DNA from: Promethearchaeota archaeon
GTDB taxonomy: Archaea; Asgardarchaeota; Lokiarchaeia; Sigyniarchaeales; SOKP01
Direction of reading: 5' to 3'
NCBI GenBank assembly: GCA_048939015.1
Contig: JBHLPW010000047.1
Location: 1-41,564, forward strand
Length of the DNA: 41,564 nt
Shown: positions 17,177 to 27,160 of the stretch, piece by piece
Layout of the letters: each line of letters begins with the position of its first letter
Position numbering within the stretch: position 1 is the first letter of the stretch
Notes under the pieces: model-generated
Databases searched by the model: none
What the model was told of the DNA's origin: nothing
What the model saw: only the letters and a program-made list of their open reading frames with translations
Translations under genes and position numbers: made by a program

Positions 17177-17965
17177 TTATTTTCCTAGATAATAATAACT
17201 ATAAGCATTCTCGAATCCTAATTTTGTGTATAGGTTCATTGCTTCGATATTTTCAATTTCTACTTGCAGCCAGATTTTTTTTGCCCCATTTGGAATTGCC
17301 CATTCGTTTATAATTTTGAAGAACATTGATACTGCAATCTTTTTTCGTCTAAAATCGGGATTTACTAATAGATCCGCTATATACAAGAATCCATGAGGAT
17401 CAAGTATTCCCATAAGTGTTCCCACAATTTTTTGATTGTATTGAGCTATAATAAATCGTTTTTGTGGAAAAATTATTCGATTCACTAAGGCATCTAGAAT
17501 TTTTTGTGAGTTTTGATCTCTTTTCGAATATGTTCCTAAAAAATCCGCTATTTCTCTCCTTCGCTCAGAAATGATTAGATATGTAAATTCTTCATTTATG
17601 AACTCATTTCTCAAGTCTTGAGGAGAAGCAATTAGTGTATGAGTAATACATCCAAGTTGTTGATATCCATCTTCTAAAAGTTTATCAGCTAAATTGGATG
17701 GTTCAAAATACTCAGATATAGTAAAGATTGTAGGTAATTCATATGCGTGGTATGCTTTTTCAGTGAGGGCGATATCTTTATCCAGTTCCTTTAAATCACC
17801 AGTATAATGTAAAGGAAATACAGAATTGGCGCGAGAGGTTACTCCCTCAGTAAAACGCAAGATCCAACCATTTATAAAGTAATAATGGTTTGCTGGCCAT
17901 GAATTCATCAATAATTCTTGCAGAAATTTAATATCTTCTTTCTCAAACATTTCTATATAACTCAC
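17177..17965 (-). CDS. GNAT family N-acetyltransferase
   Basis: GWILR..G.TSRANSV N-domain. VNPDFRRKKIA, WLQVE..N..AMNLY.KLGF. Confidence 0.9.
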   Translation of the reverse strand: MSYIEMFEKEDIKFLQELLMNSWPANHYYFINGWILRFTEGVTSRANSVFPLHYTGDLKELDKDIALTEKAYHAYELPTIFTISEYFEPSNLADKLLEDGYQQLGCITHTLIASPQDLRNEFINEEFTYLIISERRREIADFLGTYSKRDQNSQKILDALVNRIIFPQKRFIIAQYNQKIVGTLMGILDPHGFLYIADLLVNPDFRRKKIAVSMFFKIINEWAIPNGAKKIWLQVEIENIEAMNLYTKLGFENAYSYYYLGK

Positions 17966-18150
17966 TTTTTTTAGATTTTAACTTAATTTTCTTTCTTTTC
18001 CGCAGTTTTGACTGTACTTTGGTCCTGATATGCTATTATCTTTAAGTTAAAACCACTTATTTTGAAAGTATCTTAATTATTAAAAAAAATTTAATTATAT
18101 TTACCGATTTTGTATTTTAAAATAGTCCAATACTTTTTTGATATAGAATT

Positions 18151-18756
18151 GTGATAAGGAACATAATCTTTGATTTAGGCAATGTCATATTTAATTTTAA
18201 ACCAGGAGACTTTTTACATAAATTTACTACAGATGATGATTATATTAGGTATTTTATCTCAAATGTGATAAGAAGCAAAATATGGTTAGAATTAGATCGT
18301 GGAACGATATCTATAAAAAAAGCTGAGGAAGAATTTATTAGTAAATTTCCAGAAGATCGCGAATTCATTGAAACGTTTTTTATATATTGGATGGAGATGC
18401 TCACTCCGATCCAAGAAAATGTTGAAATTCTATATGATTTGAAATCTAATGGCTATAATATATATATCCTTTCTAATTTTATTATCGAGGCATATGAGTT
18501 TGTAAAAAATAAATATGAATTTCTTTCTCTATTTGATGGTAAAATCATTTCAGGACAAGTGAAATTGATTAAACCTGAACTTGAAATTTACCGAAAACTA
18601 GTCAATAAATATGGTTTAATACCAGAAGAGTGTATTTTTATTGATGATGTGCGTAGCTTTTTATCTCGAGCGAAAAAACTGAATATGAAAACTATCTTAT
18701 TTCTCCAAAACACGAATTTACGAAAAGAATTAAGAAATTTGAAAGTGAAAATATGA
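18151..18756 (+). CDS. HAD family phosphatase
   Basis: IIFDLGNV, LSN, KP, FIDD motifs. Confidence 0.92.
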   Translation: MIRNIIFDLGNVIFNFKPGDFLHKFTTDDDYIRYFISNVIRSKIWLELDRGTISIKKAEEEFISKFPEDREFIETFFIYWMEMLTPIQENVEILYDLKSNGYNIYILSNFIIEAYEFVKNKYEFLSLFDGKIISGQVKLIKPELEIYRKLVNKYGLIPEECIFIDDVRSFLSRAKKLNMKTILFLQNTNLRKELRNLKVKI

Positions 18757-18773
18757 TATTGAGATTAAATAGT

Positions 18774-19604
18774 CTAGCGATACTTCTCAAACCAATCTAT
18801 GGCAAAATCCACCATTTCTCGCTGCGATAATAATCTAGCTTTTGCTAATCCAATTTTACCGGGAATATATTTAATTTTTGATTCATAGTCTTTTCCTATT
18901 TGCTCAAAATCATCAATATTAAGATTAAGTTCTTTCCATTCCACCCATTTTCTTTTTTGATTTATTAAAACAGCTGAGCCATTTAGTTTATAATGTTTGC
19001 CAGGATAATGACTTCGATATTCAGCAAGATGAAGAGAACTATTATTTTCATGGGAAACTCCTACCAATAATATCTTTCCATTCAGTTGATAAATACGAGC
19101 TAAAGGAGATGTTTCACCTAAATCAGCTTCTAATTCGTGGTTTTTAGTTATATATTCAGCATGTTTTCCCCATGCGGCAAAAGAGGATACAGGATGGTTA
19201 CTGCGTATTACGTCGGGCCATTTTCTAAATGTATCTACTATAATCCCCATTCCTCGTGTAGGAGTAATGCTAGGATGATAAGGAGGCATTTCATTTCGAA
19301 TGGTATCCCACCACTTTTCAGGTACAGGAGGATTTTCCCAATTGGATGGATCTGTATTATCGCCAGAGAATGTAGGCATTATTAATGTTCCTTCTGATGT
19401 AATAAGTTGCATTACAGCTTTTATTACTGAAACTGGACCTCCAACAATCCATCCTATGGCACTTAATGAGCTATGCATTATTATAACTTGTCCCGATCTG
19501 ATACCAAGTGCTTCAAAATCGTTTTTTAATGAACTTAATGTATTAGGATATTTGGTTGCGTTGATAACATCCTTCTCAGTTTTTTTTATATTCTCGGCAC
19601 CCAT
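18774..19604 (-). CDS. AAC(3)/YokD family N-acetyltransferase
   Basis: MHSSLS.IGW..GG, GTLIMPT, RSNHP..SFAAWG, SSLHLAE motifs. Confidence 0.92.
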   Translation of the reverse strand: MGAENIKKTEKDVINATKYPNTLSSLKNDFEALGIRSGQVIIMHSSLSAIGWIVGGPVSVIKAVMQLITSEGTLIMPTFSGDNTDPSNWENPPVPEKWWDTIRNEMPPYHPSITPTRGMGIIVDTFRKWPDVIRSNHPVSSFAAWGKHAEYITKNHELEADLGETSPLARIYQLNGKILLVGVSHENNSSLHLAEYRSHYPGKHYKLNGSAVLINQKRKWVEWKELNLNIDDFEQIGKDYESKIKYIPGKIGLAKARLLSQREMVDFAIDWFEKYR

Positions 19605-19724
19605 AATAGGAAGAAATATTAAGAATTTAAAAAAATCTTTGTAAAGATCACCGTTTGTATTTCGACAAAAATACTAAATTCATACTCTGTTTTTCTTTAA
19701 AAATATACAAATAATGATAGAAGT

Positions 19725-20441
19725 ATGGTTGATAATCATAGTTATAGTTTTTTTGGTCAGAAAGTAGGATTGATTATTCAAAGTTCTTCTAAAAATGAGC
19801 CACATATATTTTTTAGACTCATTAAAAGCAAAAATGATGGATCTTGGGAAAAACCTAGCGTTGGAGAAGGCAAAGTTATAAAATTTTCATTAGAAGAAAT
19901 AGTTTGGATTATACGAGTTTTAGATAAAGAAACAAATTCATGGTCGAGTTATCATACATTCAAAGATTCAAAAACTCAAATTTCATTTAAGTGGGAAAAT
20001 GGAGAATACAATAAGTTATGGATTCACATTGGAAAATATTCTAAAGTATTAGAATATGCTCAAATTAAAATATTAGAATTACTTATGAAACATTTATTAA
20101 AAGAAAAGATAGAATTTGCTACTACTCCGAATATTTCGAAAAAAAGCAATTCAGAATTTATATCAAACACGATAGTGCAAGAGGAAATAATAACTACTCG
20201 AGAAAATGTATATAATAATAAAAAGTACAGTGAAAACAAAAACAATTCGAGTAAGGTACAAAGTGTTAATGGAATTATCAAGGGTGAAACTAATAAAGCT
20301 TTACTTATTCAATTCGATAATGGAACTGAAATCTGGATCCCTAAATCCAGAATTCACTCAAGCTTTGATAAAAACAAAAATGAGAATCAGGAATTTATGA
20401 TCGATGATTGGATTTTAGAAAAAAATAAAGTAGTTTCATAA
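19725..20441 (+). CDS. Hypothetical two-domain protein (possible nucleic-acid binding)
   Basis: 238 aa. C-terminal ETNKALLI.F.....WIPKS.I domain is shared with 34162..34392. Confidence 0.65.
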   Translation: MVDNHSYSFFGQKVGLIIQSSSKNEPHIFFRLIKSKNDGSWEKPSVGEGKVIKFSLEEIVWIIRVLDKETNSWSSYHTFKDSKTQISFKWENGEYNKLWIHIGKYSKVLEYAQIKILELLMKHLLKEKIEFATTPNISKKSNSEFISNTIVQEEIITTRENVYNNKKYSENKNNSSKVQSVNGIIKGETNKALLIQFDNGTEIWIPKSRIHSSFDKNKNENQEFMIDDWILEKNKVVS

Positions 20442-20453
20442 TACCCTAGAATT

Positions 20454-20588
20454 ATGCTTAACTCTGAGGAAGAAGGTAATGAGAATTATAGAATCATAAT
20501 TTATCATGGACATATTCACATTATTTCGGAAAATGATGAAAATCAAAATTCTGAGAATCGAATTAATATCAATATATCTAAATTATAA
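20454..20588 (+). CDS. Possible 44-aa small protein (not in the ORF track)
   Basis: Manual translation MLNSEEEGNENYRIIIYHGHIHIISENDENQNSENRININISKL; starts 12 nt after the upstream stop codon. Confidence 0.3.
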   Translation: MLNSEEEGNENYRIIIYHGHIHIISENDENQNSENRININISKL

Positions 20589-20734
20589 TCATTTTTATCA
20601 ATAGAAGCGTTTTCATCTCTTTAAAATAATACTATTATAATCAACGTAAATCAATTAAAACATAGACTATTTTTCTCAATATAATAACATGAAATATTAT
20701 TAAAAATGATTACATCATTTAAGAAAAGGGGATA

Positions 20735-22129
20735 TTGAGTTTGCAAAACTCCATAGATATTATTATAGTTGGTGCTGGACCGGTTGGTATTTATCTAGGC
20801 TGGCAATTAGCAAAAAAAGGACATTCAGTTATAATTATTGAAAAAGACTCAAAAGAAAAAACAGGTTCAAAAATGGATCAGTTTCACTTAGAGACCATGG
20901 TTTTTAATAAGTATGGTATTGATCCACCTTTAGAGGGAACAGATGAGTTTATTACTAGTTTTAAGTGGACTTCCTATTATGGTCCCTATGGCAAATATCA
21001 AAAAGTAATGGAATATCCGGTGACTGCCATGAGGTTTCAATATTTCATACGAAGGTTAATTAAACTAGCTGAAGGAGATGGAGTTCAATTCATATTTTCA
21101 GCTTTTTATAAAGAGCCGATAATTAAGGAAAATACCGTAATTGGAGTCAAATTTGAAAATAATAATAAGGTTCATGAACTTCTAGGAAAACTTGTTGTAG
21201 ATTCTACAGGTTCTTCAGCAATAGTACGAAGTTCTTTACCTCAAGATTTTGGCGTAGAAACCTTCAAAATTGAAGATGATGAAAAAATGTATGTAATTCA
21301 GAGAGTTATAGAATGGGAGAATCCAGATGAGCCACATCCCGGGACAGGTAAATATGAAGAATCAATTTCATATATATATTATAAAACATGGGTTGCTCCT
21401 CATTTTCTACCTAATGCAAATATTTTTGGTGGAGGTCAACCGGGAGGATATGAAAATCAAGAAAAAGCTACCGAAATCTTCCTACAGGAAGTTCCTTTTC
21501 CTCCCTATAAAGTTTTAGAAGTACATAAAGCCACTACAGCTTACCGTAGAATGCCATTTTCTCTTGTTGGTAATGGTTTCTTTTGCATAGGTGATAGTGC
21601 GTGTATGTCAAAATCTTTTAGTGGTGAAGCAATCGAATCCTCATGGAATGTGAGTCTTATAGCAACTGATGTGATTCACGAAACTCTAGAGAATAATTTA
21701 GAGTTAAATAGGGAAAATTTATGGCCTATTAATGTACAGTTTTTTAGAAATCGAGGAGCTAAGCTTGCTGCTTTATTAGCTCAGATTCCGGGAGCTGCAA
21801 ATACGACTAAAAAAGATGTTATTTATCTCTTTAAGAAAAATTTTATATTTAGTGGACGAGATTTCACTTCAATGTGGGAAAGTCTTGAATTAGAAATTAG
21901 TTTCAGAAGAATGTTAAAAATAATTGGCTTATTTCTTTGGGGTCTTATTTCTCGTCAATTTTCTAAAAAAGCATTAGGAACGATGTTAAAATATATGAAA
22001 ATTTCTGGAAAAATTAGAGCACATTATGAAGATTTTCCTGAGGATACAAATGATTTTGACGACTGGGCAAAGAAAGCAAATGAATTATGGAGTCCCGTTG
22101 AAAAAATGAAGTTTACTCTTGCAAAGTAG
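20735..22129 (+). CDS. FAD-dependent oxidoreductase, geranylgeranyl reductase-like
   Basis: IIIVGAGPVG Rossmann motif, VVDSTG, IGDSA..S.SFSGE. Confidence 0.8.
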   Translation: MSLQNSIDIIIVGAGPVGIYLGWQLAKKGHSVIIIEKDSKEKTGSKMDQFHLETMVFNKYGIDPPLEGTDEFITSFKWTSYYGPYGKYQKVMEYPVTAMRFQYFIRRLIKLAEGDGVQFIFSAFYKEPIIKENTVIGVKFENNNKVHELLGKLVVDSTGSSAIVRSSLPQDFGVETFKIEDDEKMYVIQRVIEWENPDEPHPGTGKYEESISYIYYKTWVAPHFLPNANIFGGGQPGGYENQEKATEIFLQEVPFPPYKVLEVHKATTAYRRMPFSLVGNGFFCIGDSACMSKSFSGEAIESSWNVSLIATDVIHETLENNLELNRENLWPINVQFFRNRGAKLAALLAQIPGAANTTKKDVIYLFKKNFIFSGRDFTSMWESLELEISFRRMLKIIGLFLWGLISRQFSKKALGTMLKYMKISGKIRAHYEDFPEDTNDFDDWAKKANELWSPVEKMKFTLAK

Positions 22130-22135
22130 ATAATT

Positions 22136-22366
22136 TCAATTATAATCGCTATAGCAATATTTTTGATGAGGAGTTATACAATTCGCACAAAATGTCTCTC
22201 CACATAAAACACATACAATTTCTTCATTGCTATAAATATCTAAACTCTTCATACACCGATTACAACGTCGGTATCTCACAGCAAAAGAATCTCTGGCTTT
22301 TTGGAACTTTCGCTTTTTTATTTTATACATTAAATCTGACATTATTAATGTATCTGTAAAAAACAA
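22136..22366 (-). CDS. Small Cys/His zinc-finger protein
   Basis: CxxC..CxxC..FCxxC...H...C. True start probably a downstream ATG. Confidence 0.65.
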   Translation of the reverse strand: MFFTDTLIMSDLMYKIKKRKFQKARDSFAVRYRRCNRCMKSLDIYSNEEIVCVLCGETFCANCITPHQKYCYSDYN

Positions 22367-22442
22367 TTTAAAGTCAAATAAAAAGATCTAATATCATTAA
22401 TTTATGTTAATTCACAATAAATTTTGCATTAACAATGATATT

Positions 22443-22736
22443 TTACTTTAATTGCTCAACTAGATCAAGAAATCCTGCATATGGAATAGCAGTCCAACTT
22501 TCTGCAAATATAGCTCCTGCTGATCGAGACAGTAGTGAAACTTTTGCTGCCTCCTTTTCATCTTTTACTTCAAATATATCAATAAAATCATACCGACCTA
22601 AAATGGCGTAATGCGCGATCCATTTGATATCCGGAACTTTTTCTCTAACCAAATTTAGCCAATTTTCTCCTTGTTCTTTTCTCTTTTCTACCAAATCAGG
22701 ATTTTGAAGTTTAGTCGCTAATATATATATTGGCAT
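22443..22736 (-). CDS. GYD domain protein
   Basis: YAILGRYDFIDIFE motif, 97 aa. Confidence 0.85.
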   Translation of the reverse strand: MPIYILATKLQNPDLVEKRKEQGENWLNLVREKVPDIKWIAHYAILGRYDFIDIFEVKDEKEAAKVSLLSRSAGAIFAESWTAIPYAGFLDLVEQLK

Positions 22737-22826
22737 GAAAATAAGTATTATTCTTGAAAATTTAAATCTTATTTTAGTAAATAAATTTTAAACCTTGATT
22801 TTTAATTTATAGAAATTAATAAAGTT

Positions 22827-23363
22827 CTACTCTCCTGCTTTTTTCATCATAGATCTCGTTATTGATTCAAATATTTTCTCAACATTTTGACCTGTTTTTG
22901 ATGAGCACTCAAAATATCCATCTAAATTATGTAATTGTGCTAAATCAATAGCTTGTTCCATATCTATTGTTCTCAAATTCTCGAGATCTATTTTACCTCC
23001 AACAATAATAATTGGAACAGATAAAATACCCATTTTATCTTTAAAAAATGATAGCCAAGTATCAATATTTTCTAAACTGTTCTCTCTAGTTATATCATAC
23101 ATAAAAATTCCGCCATGTGCTCCTTTAACAAAACTAGGAAAAAGAATTTGATATCTTTCTTCTCCAGCAAAATCCCATATCTGAAGTACCACATTCTTTC
23201 CATCAACTTCAAGTGATTTTTTGGTGATATCTGTACCTATTGTCATTTTCAAGTCTTCTTTAAAGGTCTTTGTGACAAATCTTCGAGTTAAAGAAGTTTT
23301 TCCAACACTTTGATCACCGAATACACATAATTTATATTTTAATTGTTCTGAGATAATATACAC
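22827..23363 (-). CDS. Small Rab-like GTPase
   Basis: GDQSVGKT, TIG.D, LQIWDFAGE, GKID, ECSSKTG. Confidence 0.92.
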   Translation of the reverse strand: MYIISEQLKYKLCVFGDQSVGKTSLTRRFVTKTFKEDLKMTIGTDITKKSLEVDGKNVVLQIWDFAGEERYQILFPSFVKGAHGGIFMYDITRENSLENIDTWLSFFKDKMGILSVPIIIVGGKIDLENLRTIDMEQAIDLAQLHNLDGYFECSSKTGQNVEKIFESITRSMMKKAGE

Positions 23364-23473
23364 CCTATACTAGATTTATCAGGAAAATTACGTATAATTA
23401 AATACAGTTTTATTCTATAAAAAGATTTTTTATTAGAGATATTTCTTTATCTTTGTTCGTGAAAATTCTCTAG

Positions 23474-24334
23474 TTATTCTGGAAATAAAGGTTGTAACTC
23501 ATTTTTTATGGCGATATCAATTATCTTTTTCTGTTGATCATCGCTAAGTTTCTTAAATTTTTCGGCAGCATCTAATACTAAATCCCAGAGTTTCACATCA
23601 CATGGTAAAGAATATGTTGTGACACCTTCTTGAGATAATGTAAACCAAACTGCTTGTTCGACAAATTCTCGATCATCAAAGGGTTCATACCAAGTACTAT
23701 ATATAGGTTCTTTTATCCATCGACCCTTAGAAATCGCTTTAATAGCAGTAACTCCTATATTTTTTTCTTGTGCAATTTGAAGAATATTCCTGTAATCATT
23801 TTCTGGAGAAGGATTTACTAAAGCTGCAACATAAACTGGTAATAAAATTGTATCTATTTCGTCTGAACTTTCCAGTGCTTTTTGTAGTAGCCTTACATCA
23901 TTATGAACCGTAATACCTATGTATTTTATTAACCCCGTCTCTTTTGCTTCTTTAAATGTTTCCATTGCACCATTAGGGCCTAATATTTGATTTAATTCAT
24001 CTATGGATGAAACAGCATGGAATTGATATAAATCAAAATATTTCGTACCAAGCCTTTCAAGGGATCGATTTAATTGTCTCCATGCCCCTCTCTTTGTTCT
24101 TTTTAATGTTTTTACCGCAAGAAAAAATTTATTTCTATACTTTTGAATCCAGGGATTAAGCCTAATTTCTGCATTCCCATATGTTGGAGCGACATCAATC
24201 ATGTTAATACCGTGATCTAATGCAAGCTGAATAGCTTTATCAGCTTCATTTTGTTGAACGTAACCAAGACCACATCCTCCCATTGCTATTATAGTAACCC
24301 TAACTCCGGTTTTTCCAAAAACTCGAGTTTCCAT
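23474..24334 (-). CDS. Aldo/keto reductase
   Basis: R.FGKTG, GIN.IDVAPTYG.AE, SLERLG..YFDLYQFH. Confidence 0.93.
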   Translation of the reverse strand: METRVFGKTGVRVTIIAMGGCGLGYVQQNEADKAIQLALDHGINMIDVAPTYGNAEIRLNPWIQKYRNKFFLAVKTLKRTKRGAWRQLNRSLERLGTKYFDLYQFHAVSSIDELNQILGPNGAMETFKEAKETGLIKYIGITVHNDVRLLQKALESSDEIDTILLPVYVAALVNPSPENDYRNILQIAQEKNIGVTAIKAISKGRWIKEPIYSTWYEPFDDREFVEQAVWFTLSQEGVTTYSLPCDVKLWDLVLDAAEKFKKLSDDQQKKIIDIAIKNELQPLFPE

Positions 24335-24408
24335 ATCTCACCTCTACAGTCAAAAATATCATTCTAAAAAAGAGAATAATTTAAAATATCAATATACAGA
24401 GGAAAATA

Positions 24409-25527
24409 TTAATTATTTTTTTCAGCTCGCGCTAACTCTGCCTTTTTATCCATTATAGCCATATAAGTCTCTTTAGTACTCCTTGGAGGGATAATTTCCT
24501 CTTCCTTCTTATGAAGTTGAATAGCTTCAGATGTACAAGTTGGAACACACACACCACATCCTATGCATCTTCCCTTATCAACGTGAGCTATGTTATCTTC
24601 GACATGGATAGCATCCATATTGCATCGATCTTCACAAATTCCACATGCTACACATAAGTCTTCATCAACAGTAGCATAAAAGTTAGTTGCAAAGAATTGA
24701 GCTGGTTCTGACAATTTGTTTTGGTTTACAAGTATTCCACAACAGCATCCACAACATGTACATATGCTCATTGGTCTGATGGAATTACCAGGCTGTAGAA
24801 CTAATCCGTCTTCTTCCGCTTTTCTCAGAATTTTAAGTGCCTCTTCTTTAGAAATTTGTCTACCTAATCCTTTTTTGATATATGTTTCTGCAAATGTGCG
24901 AAAAGCAAAACATGACTCCCTAAGATCTGTTTTTTTACAAGGATCTCCGACAAGATCTTTTGCTTGCCGGCAAATACATTCTTGAATTGATATTGGTTCT
25001 CCGATATTTTCAATCATCGTTCTTAACTCATCATATGTTGATATATTTTGCTCATATGGAATGCTTTCTTCTATAGGAATTGTACGCACTTGGGGAATTC
25101 CTGTTCTATTAAACTCATGAACAAAGGCTTCTTCAAAGTATTGCATAAAATCATTATATAGATCTTCTGTAAGACGATTTAATTGAAACTCATAAAAGCC
25201 AATTACTAATGGAGCATTTGCATAATACTTAATTACCTCATCTCCTTCTGTAGTTGAACCGAAATGTATAAGCCCTTCTTCCTCCATTTTATCTAATTCT
25301 TGTTCTAATTCTTCAATGGTTACTCCAGTTTTTTCGACCTTTCGATAAATTTTTTTCAAAACTATAGGTTGGAACCCTAAATTCAATGCTAATTCTGCCT
25401 GTCTCGGAGTAAATAGATGCTTTAAAAGTCGCAGCTCAACACCCGATTCCGTTGCGGGGAATCCAATTGGTAATTTATCTAAATGTTTCTGTAACTCTCG
25501 ATAGATATCTAAATCATCATCATTCAT
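24409..25527 (-). CDS. 4Fe-4S dicluster-binding protein
   Basis: CICR, ICTCCGCCC and two CxxCxxCxxxC ferredoxin motifs. Confidence 0.88.
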   Translation of the reverse strand: MNDDDLDIYRELQKHLDKLPIGFPATESGVELRLLKHLFTPRQAELALNLGFQPIVLKKIYRKVEKTGVTIEELEQELDKMEEEGLIHFGSTTEGDEVIKYYANAPLVIGFYEFQLNRLTEDLYNDFMQYFEEAFVHEFNRTGIPQVRTIPIEESIPYEQNISTYDELRTMIENIGEPISIQECICRQAKDLVGDPCKKTDLRESCFAFRTFAETYIKKGLGRQISKEEALKILRKAEEDGLVLQPGNSIRPMSICTCCGCCCGILVNQNKLSEPAQFFATNFYATVDEDLCVACGICEDRCNMDAIHVEDNIAHVDKGRCIGCGVCVPTCTSEAIQLHKKEEEIIPPRSTKETYMAIMDKKAELARAEKNN

Positions 25528-25749
25528 ACTAAGTTATTATATTCAAATCTTTTTGAAATTAATTATTATATCAGATAATCCTTATATTTTCAGTTTACAC
25601 TTTGTTTTTACCTTATAAATTTACTCTTTTCTTACAATATTAATAGAAGGATTGTGATTATTTCCTCAGTATAAGGATACATAGTAATTTTTTTCTTTAA
25701 ATAGACATAACAGGATTTCAAGGTAAAGCACTTTAAAATAATTAGAATA

Positions 25750-26199
25750 ATGAATTGTCAAGAGATTGTGTGTATTGAGAAGATTGTAGATCTACAAGCC
25801 ACTTATTCAGTTCTAAACTTAAGCCTGTCTAATCTTATAGAAGAGATTCTTGGAGATTTAAAGGATAGATTCATTCCTATCTTAGAAATTCAGGTACTTT
25901 TGCACTCATTAAAATCTGTACCATTTACAGATGAGCTGAAGGGAAAGTTAATATTAAGTAAATTAACAAGTTGTATGAAGAACCTATTGAATCTTACAAA
26001 ATCAAAGTGGACATCTACTATAATCATGCATTATATTCTAAAACTACAGAAGTTAATATTAAGAGATTACGATATAAATGGATCTCTCGTTATATACAAT
26101 GACAATGATATTAGATGGGATATAGATGTTTCTTTCTTACTCAATAAAGGAGAAATCGAAAATTATAATTTAAATAATAAGAATGAAGTAAAAACTTGA
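25750..26199 (+). CDS. Hypothetical protein
   Basis: 149-aa ORF occupying an otherwise empty gap; no motif recognised. Confidence 0.55.
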   Translation: MNCQEIVCIEKIVDLQATYSVLNLSLSNLIEEILGDLKDRFIPILEIQVLLHSLKSVPFTDELKGKLILSKLTSCMKNLLNLTKSKWTSTIIMHYILKLQKLILRDYDINGSLVIYNDNDIRWDIDVSFLLNKGEIENYNLNNKNEVKT

Positions 26200-26257
26200 A
26201 ATATTTTCAAACCTTTTTATTTAAATTTATTAATTAAGAGTTTAGTTACCAATAAGA

Positions 26258-26941
26258 TTATTTTATTAGAAAACCCTTCAATAGTGCAACTGTCCCAATA
26301 TCAATTACCAGTAAAGCAATAATTTCAATTATAATTGAGCTCAGAAAGCCTCCAATTACATTGATGAACATCCCAACAATGGCGAAAATTATTCCAATGA
26401 AAAACCACTGTACTCTCTTTTTAGTTTCACCTTCAATTTTTCTGGTCATCATAGCATACTTATATACGACATAAATCGATAATAAAGTTCTGACCACATT
26501 TATGAAAACAAACCATTCTATAGGAGTATTAGTATCAACTATTCCTTGTGCATATCTAGTCATATTTAATTCTGGTGTCCAAATAAAGTATCCAATATTC
26601 ATTATGATGAATAATGCCATCATTGATCCGAAGTATTTTAAACTCATTGCAACTTTTTTGAATTTTTCTAAGACAAAGACTGTCATCATTAATGAAATAA
26701 AGATAAAATTGAAAAAGATATGAGCGGTTATCATTAATGGGATAATTATTTGTGAATTATTCAAAATTAAATGATAAAGTGTGTATATTAGAAATCCAAG
26801 AGAAGAGGAAATGAAAAATATAGTAAACCATATGTTTAACAGTTCTTTCGGATTTAGACGTATCACATGAAATCCAACCGCAAAAGCAATTATGACTGTT
26901 ATAACTGCCATAATTATTTTAAATAAGTTAATAGGATCCAT
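26258..26941 (-). CDS. Stand-alone 7-TM sensor-like protein (HisKA_7TM-like)
   Basis: Seven hydrophobic segments, NP..LLN..F first loop, basic loop before TM6; no kinase domain. Confidence 0.65.
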   Translation of the reverse strand: MDPINLFKIIMAVITVIIAFAVGFHVIRLNPKELLNIWFTIFFISSSLGFLIYTLYHLILNNSQIIIPLMITAHIFFNFIFISLMMTVFVLEKFKKVAMSLKYFGSMMALFIIMNIGYFIWTPELNMTRYAQGIVDTNTPIEWFVFINVVRTLLSIYVVYKYAMMTRKIEGETKKRVQWFFIGIIFAIVGMFINVIGGFLSSIIIEIIALLVIDIGTVALLKGFLIK

Positions 26942-27160
26942 ACTATATTCTTTTGATACCCATTTATAAAAATTTTTTTGAAACTTTAATTAAGATATAT
27001 TAAAAAAATTACCTATAAAAATACTTAATCTACCGGTAAATTCTTAATTTTTACAAATAAAAACTAATATTACTCTTTTAAAACTCAAAACTTATATATA
27101 ATATTAAGTTCTATTCAGATTCGTTATAAAATAAAATATAGTTTCTTTGGTTGAGTATTA

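Noticed and set aside
17980-18045. Minus-strand fragment KYSQNCGKE resembling a Zn-ribbon remnant
   Set aside because: Very short, has an in-frame stop just upstream and no start codon; cannot support a pseudogene call
18774-19604. Acquired aminoglycoside resistance gene
   Set aside because: The AAC(3)/YokD family is widespread with unknown native substrates; no mobile context here
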